Below are positions 45,951-58,244 of a stretch of 64,000 nt of DNA, one piece after another. A program made the translations under genes and the position numbers. The notes under the pieces were generated by a model. It was not told the origin of the DNA, ran no database searches, and worked only from the letters and a program-made list of their open reading frames with translations. The stretch's first letter is position 1, and each line of letters opens with the position of its first letter. The stretch spans positions 1 through 64,000 of the forward strand of contig NIVC01003099.1 of assembly GCA_002269645.1 (NCBI GenBank). The letters run 5' to 3'. Origin of the DNA: Macrostomum lignano (taxonomy: Eukaryota).

Positions 45951-48900
45951 TGCCAGGACCTGCACCGGAGCGGTTACGAAAATTAGATTTCTCGGTAGTT
46001 GTACGCACTCTTTTGCACTACTTGAGTAGTCTGATTTTCGTTCGGCATGGCTGGTTCCAGCAGGTAGTTCCTCTGGATAAAAGCGCTTACCGCGCCCATT
46101 GGCTTTCCAGCTGCCTTAATCGTTTCCGGTGATCTTGTGTGCGTGCTTTTAGCTTGATTGGCTGCGGCAAGCAAGCTCGAAAGAGCTCGCTTCGCTCGCT
46201 CTTTCTCGCTATCTACTATCTATCTATCTATCTATCTATCCATCTATCTTCTGTCTGTCTGTCTGGCTGACCGTAACTGACCACCCTAACATTTCCAGCC
46301 CCCATGAGCTGAGATTGCAGTCTTACGCATGAAAACCCAATAATTGACAGCCGGAAAATGCCAGCAGGTAAACAGTCAGAGCAACTATGCACGCGTTTAA
46401 ATAGTAGCAATGCTTCGTCATCTTCCGAGTCAAAGCCTTGGCTATGGGCATACAGTATGTAGTTTATAAAAATTGCCAAATAGAGTCAGTCTTTAAATAT
46501 AGTTAATTATTCTCATAATTTCTACTCAATACTTCCAAACCAAAATAGAGTCAGTCTCTAAATATAGTTAATTATTCTCATAATTTCTACTCAATACTTC
46601 CGCACGTCCATTTTCAAGGACGTCAGGTAAATTCAAAGCTTGCACAGCTAAAAGTCTGGTAAAATAACAATTATATTTTCAATTATTTTAAAAAAGCGTT
46701 ATTTCCCATTTTAAATACTCTTAGTAGGCAATAAGCTTATTTTATAATTTTTTTCAATACTAATTTAATTTACTAATTTATAATTACATACAAAGTGTTT
46801 TTTGTTTTACTCTGTAAACCAATTTTCTTTAATAGATTGTCACACCTTAAACCATCACTCTTCAATATCTCTGTCACTCCTTAAACCATCACTCTTCAAT
46901 ATCTCTGTCACTTTTTAAACAATCACTTTTCAATATCTCTGTCACTCCCTAAACCATCACTCTTCAATATCTCTGTCACTTCTTAAACCCTTAAACCATC
47001 ACTCTTCAATATCTCTGTCACTTCTTAAACCCTTAAACCATCACTCTTCAATATCTCTGTCACTCCTTAAACCATCACTCTTCAATATCTCTGTCACTCC
47101 TTAAACCATCACTCTTCAATATCTCTGTCACTCCTTAAACCATCACTCTTCAATATCTTTGTCACTCCTTAAACAATCACTCTTCAATATCTCTGTCACT
47201 CCTTAAACCATCACTATTCAATATCTGTCACTCCTTAAACCATCACTCTTCAATATCTCTGTCACTCCTTAAACCATCACTCTTCAATATCTTTGTCACT
47301 CCTTAAACAATCACTCTTCAATATCTCTGTCACTCCTTAAACCATCACTCTTCAATATCTCTGTCACTCCTTAAACCATCACTCTTCAATATCTTTGTCA
47401 CTCCTTAAACAATCACTCTTCAATATCTCTGTCACTCCTTAAACCATCACTCTTCAATATCTCTGTCACTCCTTAAACCATCACTCTTCAATATCTTTGT
47501 CACTCCTTAAACAATCACTCTTCAATATCTCTGTCACTCCTTAAACCATCACTCTTCAATATCTGTCACTCCTTAAACCATCACTCTTCAATATCTTTGT
47601 CACTCCTTAAACCATCACTCTTCAATATCTTTGTCACTCCTTAAACAATCACTCTTCAATATCTCTGTCACTTTTTAAACAATCACTCTTCAATATCTCT
47701 GTCACTTCTTAAACCCTTAAACCATCACTCTTCAATATCTCTGTCACTCCTTAAACCATCACTCTTCAATATCTCTGTCACTCCTTAAACCATCATTCTT
47801 CAATATCTCTGTCACTCCTTAAACCATCACTCTTCAATATCTTTGTCACTCCTTAAACAATCACTCTTCAATATCTCTGTCACTCCTTAAACCATCACTC
47901 TTCAATATCTGTCACTCCTTAAACCATCACTCTTCAATATCTTTGTCACTCCTTAAACCATCACTCTTCAATATCTTTGTCACTCCTTAAACAATCACTC
48001 TTCAATATCTCTGTCACTTTTTAAACCATCACTCTTCAATATCTCTGTCACACCTTAAACCATCACAGTTCAATATTCGTCACTCATGAGACAGGTGTAA
48101 ACCCCAATAACCCATTAAACTTCCAGCCACTACAAAATCATCAAACGCACCTCCAGTTTAACGCTGGCATCTCGGCGGATCAATTGTACATCCAACAGCA
48201 GCACGGGTGTAACGCAGCTGACGGCACCTTCAACTCCGTGACTCGTACCGCTAATGACTCGAATCTCGGCGCCGCCGTCCTCAGTTCGAACTCGGGGCAA
48301 ATCGTCAGGCGCTACTTCTGTGTAGACAGGATTGCAGAGCTTGTCAGCTGGCGGCAGGTTTACCCAGATCTGGTAGCCTTCAAGAGTTCCCCCAGATTCC
48401 ACTAGAGCTGGACCGGGCATCTCAAAGTGCACCAGACCGCGGCCGAATCGAATGTGCTGCACGGTGCCCGCCGGCAGGACGCTGTCATGTCCCGCACTGT
48501 CGGCGTGATGCACGCTGCCCTGCAGCAGGACGCTGATCAGCTCCATGCCTCTGTTAGAAATCAGCGAGATTTATATTCTGACATATCCATTGTGAAAGCT
48601 GAGATAGGCCTACAGTACATATGACTTATTTCATAGAAAGTCAACGCCACATCTTTGAAAATTGAATATTTCTTGGAAACCGGAAACCATTTCTTAAAAT
48701 TTTCTAGGAAATTGGACTGTTTTGAAAGCTATTTCTAAGAAATTTGATGCTTTTGAAAGCTATTTCTAAGAATTTGGATTGTTTTGAAAGCTATTTCTAA
48801 GAAATTGGATTGTTTTGAAAGCTATTTCTAAGAAATTCGATTGCTTTGAAAACTGTTTCTAAGAAATTGAATGCTTTTGAAAGCTATTTTCAAGAAATTG

Positions 48901-49418
48901 GATTCTTCTGAAAGCTGCTTAAATGAATTTTGATTCTACTGAGAGCAATTTTTAAGAAAATTGATTCTGAGAGCGATTTCTAAGAAATTTGATTCTCCTG
49001 AAAGCTAACTTCAAGAATTTGGATTCTGGAAACTATGTCTAGAAAGTTGAAACGGCTGTACACCACGAACTGGAAAGCTAGTCACTCCTGTCATAATAAT
49101 TTTTTCATTTTCAAAATTCCATTAGAAGTTTTTGACTATTTCTTTTAAATCCTTTAAATCATTAATAACAATACTAAGTATTGTCTGAGCTATTAATGAA
49201 ATCATTTTAATTAAACAAGACAAGCATTACCTGTGCGGATGATCTGCAGCTCCCACAGCTTCCCCAGGCCGAAAAGTGACTGGGCCAATATGATCAAACA
49301 GTAGAAACGGGTCCGAAGCTTCAGTATCGTCAATAACTTTATACACTGGCAGGCCAGATTCCATTTGATATTGTGCGCATTGTTGCGAGTCTGACTGTGT
49401 GCGATCTTTTACTCGCAT
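45391..49418 (-). CDS. PIR: Pirin family bicupin protein, 317 aa
   Basis: Exons 49418-49231, 48550-48151, 45756-45391 (GT-AG, phases 2 and 0, no stops). Motifs DPFLLFDH, DHPHRG, HADSAG, GRGLVHFEMP, GYQIWVNLP, LREPVVKYGPFAM. All four iron ligands (H-x-H, H-x-E) are present. Confidence 0.95.
45872..46265. repeat. Two (TCTA)n tracts (45872-45950, 46210-46265) in pirin intron 2
   Basis: Direct reading. Confidence 0.9.
46845..48075. repeat. 34-bp minisatellite CCTTAAACCATCACTCTTCAATATCTCTGTCACT, pirin intron 2
   Basis: Direct reading. Confidence 0.95.
48700..49030. repeat. Degenerate ~30-33 bp repeat (GAAAGCTATTTCTAAGAAATT core), pirin intron 1
   Basis: Recurrent core motif. Confidence 0.85.
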
Positions 49419-51539
49419 TATAAGTAATATAAACTGTTAAGTTAAAAGATTTCTAATTTTTTTAATTATGTAGCAAAACCCAACTAGTAGGGCAAAGTGG
49501 CACAGACTGATTATCTGACAGAAAGAATAAATAAATAAGAAAATTATTATTAACAATCTTGTCTTACAAACATGGTCATAAAGTACAATAACTCACCATA
49601 ATACCATCTTTGAACACTAATATATACAAATCATTACAAAAAAGTAAAAAATGTTCATAATATACTACTTAGGAGGCAAATAGTAGCATGATCAGTTTAT
49701 ACATCATGACTAAAAATTATAGCAAGATTTTTTGAGATCATTATGGTGGTGGCAGCACTAAACTACTGATAGTAAGCCCTAATGCAAATCAGCATACATT
49801 GCATTCCGTGTAAGAGAACCTAAATGACTTGCGCTGCATTTTATAACCACTCTACTACAATTGAAACTACCCTCCTCTTGGAATTGAGGACCCCGGCAGA
49901 TGGAGTAACCCAGCTGGAACAGCAAACCGAAGCTCTCCAAGAGCAGTGCCGAATTCTAGATGCCAGATGCCCTGAGTAATGAGCAGCAAGAGTTCCACTT
50001 GCTGGGATCACAAATAATGATACCTAGGAGCCATGGGAACTGACTGACCATCAGCTGTGGGATTCCTGGGTCTTTTGGCACAACTGATTTCTTACGCCTT
50101 CAAGTCCTCGCTGCTACTAGCGTAGACGAAGACGCCCAAGTCACAAAACCTGGCACCTGCTATGTGCAGCATCATCAGTTCCATCAACTTCAGCAACTGC
50201 ACCACAAGACGGCAGCAATCTGCCGCCAAGGACACCGCCAGCAGTAGGTCAATGTAGACAACAGTAGCAGCAGCAGCAGAGTTCACGTCTGGCACTTACC
50301 ACCCTGGACTCATGCCAGATGACAGCGATGGAGAAGCTGGAGCGAGTAAGCCCCACCGTAGCCGACCTGGCAGCCAGCCTGAACGTTGTCTGGACAGATG
50401 GGTCCATCGGCAAAGGCTTGCGGAACGGCGGTGGAGCTCAAGAGGCTTAAGACACCCGCCACCAAGTGCCTGTCGGAGCCTGGTGCAGCAGCTTCAGGGC
50501 GGAGCTGGTCACCATCCATGAGGCTCTCCTTTTTCTTCCTGACAATGCCCCACCACACATTAGCCTGACTTAGCACTTGGCACTGACTATAGACTAGGAC
50601 AAGATACTGCCAGCCACTTTGATAGCCCTAAGATCAGCAGTTAACTGGACCACAGGATTCTTGTCGCACTATGTTGTATATGAAATGCCCTATCAATATT
50701 TAATCAATAACACCCTAGACTGACTGAATATTTAGCTGCTTACCTCCTAGAGTACATCGCGAAGCATCAGCAAAGACTGGCAAAGACGGAAAGGATTATA
50801 TAACAATGGCTACAAACATAGATCCAGTGCCAAGAAGAGAAGAGTCTGCTTAGCCATACATGCGCAACAGTCAGCTGAGTTGGCCGATCTGGCCAACCAA
50901 TTTGGTGGCCAACCAGGTAAGTCACAAAAATGCCCACCCAAATAAATACCAAAGTAGTACTAAGTAGATGACGAGGCATTTTGCCTTAATAAGACAGTTA
51001 TAATTATTCTTGCCATTTACTCAAAGTTGCATTAATTTTACTTTAGGGTGGGTTTCTTTTACATGTAAGTTGCATTTTTGGCCAAAAACTATATCACATT
51101 TTTGTAAAAGTCGCACGGCCGACCAAATTTTGGAGGTTGCGCATGCATGTGCTTAGCTAACCCTAAGCTTAAACTGGGAGAGCTGCTTAAATTTCATTGG
51201 CCCTAAAATAGCATGTACAAGGTCACCAAGAAAGTAGGAGAAGTGGCATACTAGATCAAGCCAAGCCAGCAACTGCCTAGCAAGGACACCCTGCCAAGAT
51301 GTTAGTGCACAATAGCATTATCAAGGTGCCGCAGATGATGGCTGATAGACTGCAAGAGCCATTGCGCCTAACTGAAAGACCAATGTTACCCTACAAGTCT
51401 AGCGAGGATAGCGACTTGGAACCAGCAGAGCAGCCTATTCCAGAACAACAACGTGCAGCTCAGTCTGACCTGCGAGGTAGCCAGCTATTCGAGCCAAGCT
51501 TGAGACATCCCAAGATGTCCAGATGAGACCCAGATCTAC

Positions 51540-51785
51540 CAGATAAAAGGAGAAATGAGAGATGAGAGAGCAAACAAGAGAGAAAAGAGGATAGAGAAGA
51601 GAAAAGAGAAGGAAAAACAAAAGAAGAAGGGGAGAGAGGAGAGAGGAGAGGAGAGAGAAAATAAGAAAAGATAAGAGAGATAAGAGAAGAGAGATAAGGG
51701 AAGATACAAGAGAAGAGGGGAGAAAAGAGAGAGAAAAGAGAAGGAAAGAAAGATGAAAGACAAGAGAGAAGAGAGGAAACAAAAT
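51540..51785. repeat. GA-rich low-complexity tract
   Basis: Composition. Confidence 0.9.
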
Positions 51786-52869
51786 GAGAATATTGAAACT
51801 TCAAAGGAGATGTAGGGAGAGTCAGAGACAGAGGCAAGAGTTTGCCAATATATGTTTTAAAGTCAGACAGACATTGCCTAATACAATTGTATTAGGAATG
51901 TATTCTGCTGCACCCCAGCCAACAAGATCAATGCTTGCCTCAAATTTTAATTTTACACAAATATGCTCTATTTTATGTTTACCTCTATCCTACTAACTAT
52001 TAACAAGTTTTTGTTTGCATGTGACTTTAGATTTTGTAATACATGCATTTAAAATAAATAATTCCAGGGGTTAGAATTCCCAGGGTTCAAAATCTGCGGG
52101 TTTCAACAGCTTGTAAAATAATATAAGTACTACCCCAATCTATAGAAAGAAAGGTATTGATAGACATTTCTATTGTATATTAGCCCTACTTATCTGGTAG
52201 GCCTAGCATAAATAGAAATTTATTGAAGGAGGCAGATTTTGCACAATAAATACCTAGGGAGGAGATAGAGACTAGAGAGGATGGCTTTGTGTCTATATTT
52301 TGGCAAAAATTTGCTTGTTCTTCCCCTTGAATTTTTGGTCTTTGCCTAAGAGAAGAGGCAATTGTTCCCCCTGGTTGTGCCACTATACTTCCCAGTGGAA
52401 AAAAATGGCTCAGGCCACCGGTGGCCATTCGATGGCCAGTTGGCCTTATGGTGGCCATTACAAAAACTTATGTATGCCCCTATTTGACATTATAACACCA
52501 TTATAGGTATCTGCTTTGTCAATTATCACATCGTTTAACATAAAAATGCGAGATAATTCAACCTCGGCAAATGCATGGCACTTCTTCGGCTTGGCCATAT
52601 AGGAGGCAAAGCGCTGGTCATGCCGCGGCCAAACTGTCTGCAAACCAGTCATACTACTCATAGTAGACAACTAGGTATGCGGAGATATTTGTATAAAATT
52701 TATTTATTTTAGAGAAATGAGAAAATAATAATTTTCTCAATTTGAGATTGTGGCAGCTGAGGCAAACATCCAAGTGGAGTGCTAATCTGGGCGGAGTGCT
52801 GGTAATCTGAGGGTGGGTGGTGCTAATCTGGGGGAGTAATGCTGGGGCTGGGGGGATGCTTGCTATCTG

Positions 52870-53205
52870 GGCTGGGCGGATGCTTGCTATCAGGGAATGC
52901 TTGCTATCAGGGGATGCTTGCTATCAGGGGATGCTTGCTATCAGGGAATGCTTGCTATCAGGGGATGCTTGCTATCAGGGAATGCTTGCTATCAGGGAAT
53001 GCTTGCTATCAGGGAATGCTTGCTATCAGGGAATGCTTGCTATCAGGGAATGCTTGCTATCAGGGAATGCTTGCTATCAGGGAATGCTTGCTATCAGGGA
53101 ATGCTTGCTATCAGGGAATGCTTGCTATCAGGGAATGCTTGCTATCAGGGGATGCTTGCTACGAGCTGTACCAGGAAATGCTTGCTATCAGGGGATGCTT
53201 GCTAT
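52870..53205. repeat. 17-bp minisatellite GGGAATGCTTGCTATCA inside the CACTA element
   Basis: Direct reading. Confidence 0.95.
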
Positions 53206-53421
53206 CTGCGCAGGGGTGTCAGAACCGGGGGAGGGGGCACAAGGGGGCTGAAGCCCCCCACTTTTTTGCATGATCCTCCAAATGCCCTTTTTGAATTTCA
53301 AGCAAATGTCATCCAGTTTTCGGCTTTGGCTTTAGTGAGTCTTGGAAGCAAAGGGTACCAGCTGATATAATAGTTCATGTTCAGTTTTTATCTAATGTGC
53401 CTAAGCCTAGTGCTTTTAGTG

Positions 53422-54053
53422 CAAGGATCAGCAAACTTTTTACCTCAAGGGCCAGATTGAGAACAGCGCATGACTGCCCTTCTGGGTCCGCTTTGCTGGG
53501 CCCCATAAGCAAAATGCGTGCCCAGGAGTCCCTGATGACTGCGGGCTATAGGGAGAGAGGATAGGGAATAGAGACGAGAAATACGAGCGCAGGAGAAAGG
53601 AGAAGTGAAAGAAAAAAAGAGAAGAGAGATAAAATAGGAGAGGAGAGAGGAGAGGGGCAATGAATGAGGAGAGGAGAGTTGAAATATATGAGAGAGGAGA
53701 GAAGGGAGAAGAGAATGGAGAGGAAATAGGAGATGAGAGGAGAGGAGAGAGGTGAGAGGAGAGGAGAGAGGTGAGAGGAGAGGAGAGAGTTGAGAGGAGA
53801 TAAGAGAGGTGAGAGGAGATGAGAGGACAGGAGAGAGGTGAGGAGAGAAGAGGAGAGGACAGGAGAATTGAGAAGACAGAGGTGAGAGAAGAGAGAGGTG
53901 AGAGAAGAGAGAGGTGAGGGAAGAGAGCTGAGAAGAGACAAAAACATTGAGTGGGCCGGATTGCTATTGTGAGGTTTCAAAGGACGGGCCAGATAGAGAG
54001 GCTTTGCGGGCCGGGCCACATTTGGCCCTCAGGCCGGAGTTTGTCAACCCCTG
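53422..54053. mobile_element. hAT-like MITE (632 bp) nested in the CACTA element, with a GA-rich core (53556-53940)
   Basis: Imperfect TIRs CAAGGATCAGCAAACT / CAGGGGTTGACAAACT (reverse complement of right end); 8-bp flanks TTTTAGTG (53414-53421) / TTTTAGTA (54054-54061). Confidence 0.8.
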
Positions 54054-55858
54054 TTTTAGTAGCTCGTAAAAGCACTAAAAAGCCGTCAGATAAAAGAATA
54101 AAGAGTCAGCGCCAAGAGGAACTGAGGAAGGCAGTCAAAAGATCCAGAAAATTACTGGTCTTGCCCTGGCAATTTTCATTCATTTGAGATATTTACTAAA
54201 TAAATTAATAGTGCAGTGCAGTTGCGTAATGTTTGAATTAATTGAAAATTCGAACATTTTTCAGACTTTTGGACACTTTCAATTCAACACAGAATTGAAT
54301 ATTGGCCTGGTTGTCACAATGTAACGAACTGACATAACAGCCAGAGTTTGTGTGCCCTTAGATTAAAAAAACCATGTGCAATGTGCCTTCCCACTAATAG
54401 CCCCCCACTTTGAAATATGTTCCGACACCGCTGTATCTGCGGTATGCTTGCTGTCTTGGGGATGTTTTCTATTTAGGGGGAATGTCTATTATTTTTGAGA
54501 AAGCTTTATTTCATTGTCTTTTTGTTCCTTTTAGAAAAAAGAGATTCAAAGCAAACATCTTTGTCCATGACAATTTCACTCAAATAAGGTGATTTATAAA
54601 GCTGAAGAAGGAATTGATTCTTAAGAAAATGCGCTTTGGATGGCTTTGCATGAATAATTTTTTGCTCCTTGCTTATTGGGCAACCCGAAGGGGGCACTAG
54701 ATTGCTAGTATATGTGAGCGTACATGTAGGTTAAAAATGTTAGTGACAATTTGATGCAAAAAGCCTTTAGCATCTGCTGGTCAGAAACTCCAAAACAAGT
54801 GCTTCAAGTTCCTATCTCTTTATCTGTCTCGTTCTGTTCCTCTATCGCTCTCCCCATCCATCTCTCCCTTCTCAAACTTTTCCAAATTTTTTGACATCTG
54901 CTCTGCCATATGTATCCATCTGCCCAATAAGTATGAGGGCCGAGTGGCAAAATTTATCAATGCAGAAGCTTTGAAACTCCAAGTCAGAGGCAGTCTAGTT
55001 GTATGCGCTATAAGCATAGAAATGGGGATACTAGGAGTGGGCCTGTCACCACTAGCCCTGTCCACAAAGTTAGTGAACAAAGGCAGACCGGGGAAGGGGG
55101 CATTGCAAATAAATTCTACTAAGGGTATCGGTATCCCCCATAGTATATTTTTTGCTGTTGGGCAGATGTTATCTCTAGACAAGCTTGCAAAAAGTGGAAG
55201 AATAATAATATTTAGCAAAATTTAGCAAAAAGCTTATTAATATTTATGCTGGTAGAAGGAGCATACACATAACAGACTAGGGACTGAGTGGGGGATTGTG
55301 GCCGGAGGCTTGAGAGAGAAGGGAAGGGAGGAAAGGAAGTAGGGGGAAAAACCACACTCGAACACAAACTTGTAAAAGAAACTTGCTTGGGCGTGATTGT
55401 ATCCAATACGAATGATTTATGTGATAACTTGAATATGAATTAAATGCCACAGTGTTTGTCAGTCCCAAATATGACTGCTCTGGTTCTTAGTCCCACCCCG
55501 ATTGAACCAACTTTGATTGAAGACTCTTGCCTTCGTAGATCGTTATTGCTCCCTTCTTTCTTTTCACAATAAAAAACAAACAACTGTTTATGCTTTTAGT
55601 TTAAGCTTTTCTTCCTCGTCTCTTATCTCCGCCCAGGGCATGTCTAGCCAACATACGGGCTTCCCCTATTTCATCGGTCCCTGATTTTGCTTACTGGTAC
55701 TCTTTCCAGATTGGATGGCCCTGAAAAGACTATACACCATCTCTCAATCCTTATATTTTTCTATCTAGCCTTGCTAGATTTGCCTAGAAAACCCATTTGC
55801 CACCTTTCTTAGGCTTTCCATACATCTAATAACCATTTGAAGCAGACTTAAGTTTACC

Positions 55859-57854
55859 ATGAACAGAAATAATCTAAACCGAAAGGTGAGAACAGAGATC
55901 CAGAGATCCATGGCAAGAGATATGGAAGAGTTGGAGCCAGCGAAACTGCCGAGCAAGATATTACAGCAGCACAGCTGAGCAATGCCACTGCTACTAGCAC
56001 ACCACTGCCACTGGATTCCGAGGCGATGGAGATCGACAACTTCGGCTAATGGAAGAAGCGGATTTCTGCGAAGCTTTGGCTCAAGATCAAGATGCCAAGG
56101 AGCCTGCATGCTGTTTTGATGAGGATCTGGATCTACTCAGACACCGATAGTGACTCGGACGAGCCTAAGAGAAAGGGCTTGGACACCCTAAACGACGCCC
56201 TGGTTCAATACATGCTCTTGTTTCAGGCCACTGAATTTCGCCTTTTTCTACTATTCGAGCAGGAATGAAATTTTTGCTTGATAAATTGCACTGCCATGGC
56301 CTTCCTATTGCTTCATCATTATACCGGCTTTTGAAGGGCGCTAATTTGTCCAGAGGGCTCAATATGCATCCATTGAGCCAAGGACAGTTTGCCTATCTGT
56401 CTATCAAGAAAAATCTGGCCGACTTAATAAAAAAGAACCTATTGGATCTGAAGAGCACAAAAACTCTATCTAATGGAGAAACTGTGCATACATTTGAAGT
56501 GACAGTTAACATAGATGGCATGCCTGTCTATAAGTCTTCCAACTTCCAAATTTGGCCCATTTTTATGAAGATCAGCGGTTTCACTTGGCCCTTCCTAGTG
56601 GCTGTGTTTGCCGGCTTGAGCAAACCACCGCTACATGAGTACTTCAGTGACTTCTGCAGCGAAATCAAAGGTTTTCTATCCACCTCTGTCGAAGTGCTTC
56701 ACTTAAACGTGCATTTCCACAGTATTAGGTTTGTCTGTGATGCTCCGGCCAGAGCCTTCATCTGCAAGGTCATGGGCCACAACTCACTTGTCGGATGCAA
56801 CTACTGCCGAGCCAGAGGAAAAGTGTGTGCAGAACAGTTGTTTACCCGACGCGAGCTAGTGACAGCTGCACCACTGAGGGGTATCTGAGCCAACAGGAGT
56901 CCAACATGAAGGAAGGACCAACATCTCCACTTCTGCATCTCCCAGGAGTCTGTTTCGTCAAAAATTTTCCTATTGACTATCAATATCTGGTCTGTCTGGG
57001 AATTCTTCGCCGTATCTTCCACTATCTGTTCTACTCCAATGAAGGCAGAAACTGCAAGCTTTGTGCTGCAGAGATCAAGGAGCTGTCGGACCAAATTCAA
57101 GAATGTGTGCCCTACACTCCGTCTAACTTTCAGCGTCAACCACAACGTCTAGACACAGAATTAAAGCACTTCAAGGCCACTGAATTTCGCCTTTTTCTAT
57201 ATACCTCAGACCCTACCTGTTTCGAAAATATCTTCCCACTAACATTTTCAAGCATTTCATGCTACTGCATTTTGCTATCTATGTATTTTGCACTGACAGG
57301 CTGTCTCACTTACATGTCATGCAAAAAGGTGCCTCGAAATTTTTGTTGAGCAGGCTAAATTAATTTATGGTGAAATGGCTACAACATATAACATGCATAT
57401 TTTGCTGCATTTGCATGAATTTGTCGCACAGTATGGTAATCTTTCGAATTTTTCTACCTTCCTATTTGAGAACTATTTGTCAAACATTAAAAGAAGGATA
57501 CGTGTAACACGTTTTGCATCAGCTCATATTTTAAATCAGATCTTGGTTGCAAGCGATACGCTAACCAGTGATCCAATTTGGCCTATGTACTACTCAAGCA
57601 TGAGACCTAATAACTGTTGTACTATTGGAAGTAATGTGGTCCGGATCCTTTCAATTGCTAATAATTCTGTTACTGGGGTGATTTTGAAGTTTCAACAGCC
57701 ATTGTATACTTTTCCATACTCATTTGACATTTTATCAATTGGCTTCTATAATGATACACATGTAGTGATTACTGGTGCACCCACAGGCAAATGTTTCCTA
57801 ATCCCACAGAATGGATCCTATGTTGTTATTCCTCTATGTGGCAATGATATCTAA
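55859..57854 (+). pseudogene. CACTA transposase, disrupted by frameshifts, stops and a short insertion
   Basis: Motifs across three frames: VNIDGMPVYKSSNFQIWPI, FVCDAPARAFI, GHNSLVGCNYC, FPIDYQYLVCLGI, FKATEFRLFL, FKHFMLLHFAI, YNMHILLHL, FLFENYLSNIK. Confidence 0.9.
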
Positions 57855-58244
57855 GCCCATATCTGCTCTTCGGTATGTGAACCCTTTTAAATGCTTGTTT
57901 TTGCTGTCGACTTGACTTAGCTACAGGGCGGTCCTTGCCTGTGGATAAGTTTGTCAAGAACTTTTGCCCTGACAGAGTCACCCGCCATCTGAATGGAGCA
58001 TGAGGGAGGAGAAGCAGAGCAAACTAGAAGAAAAGAAAATTTCAGACAAAGCCTTAGGGCTTAGGTAGAGGGAGGCCTTACGCTATTGGCTTTTGGATTG
58101 TGGAGAATTTTGCACCACCCCACTGGCTATTTAGATGCTGTTTTATAGGTCAGTTCATGCATTGCACCAAATTTGTCAGACTCTCACGTCATACTGTATC
58201 TGCCTACTCACTCAGGTGTTTCCAATCTGCTTTTATTGCTAGCC

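Noticed and set aside
49900-51530. GC-richer patch with short ORFs, possibly decayed retroelement gag or a pseudogene
   Set aside because: No diagnostic domain recognised in any frame; needs a translated search
54820-55468. ORFs of 63-132 aa inside the CACTA 5' region
   Set aside because: No recognisable homology; overlapping on both strands
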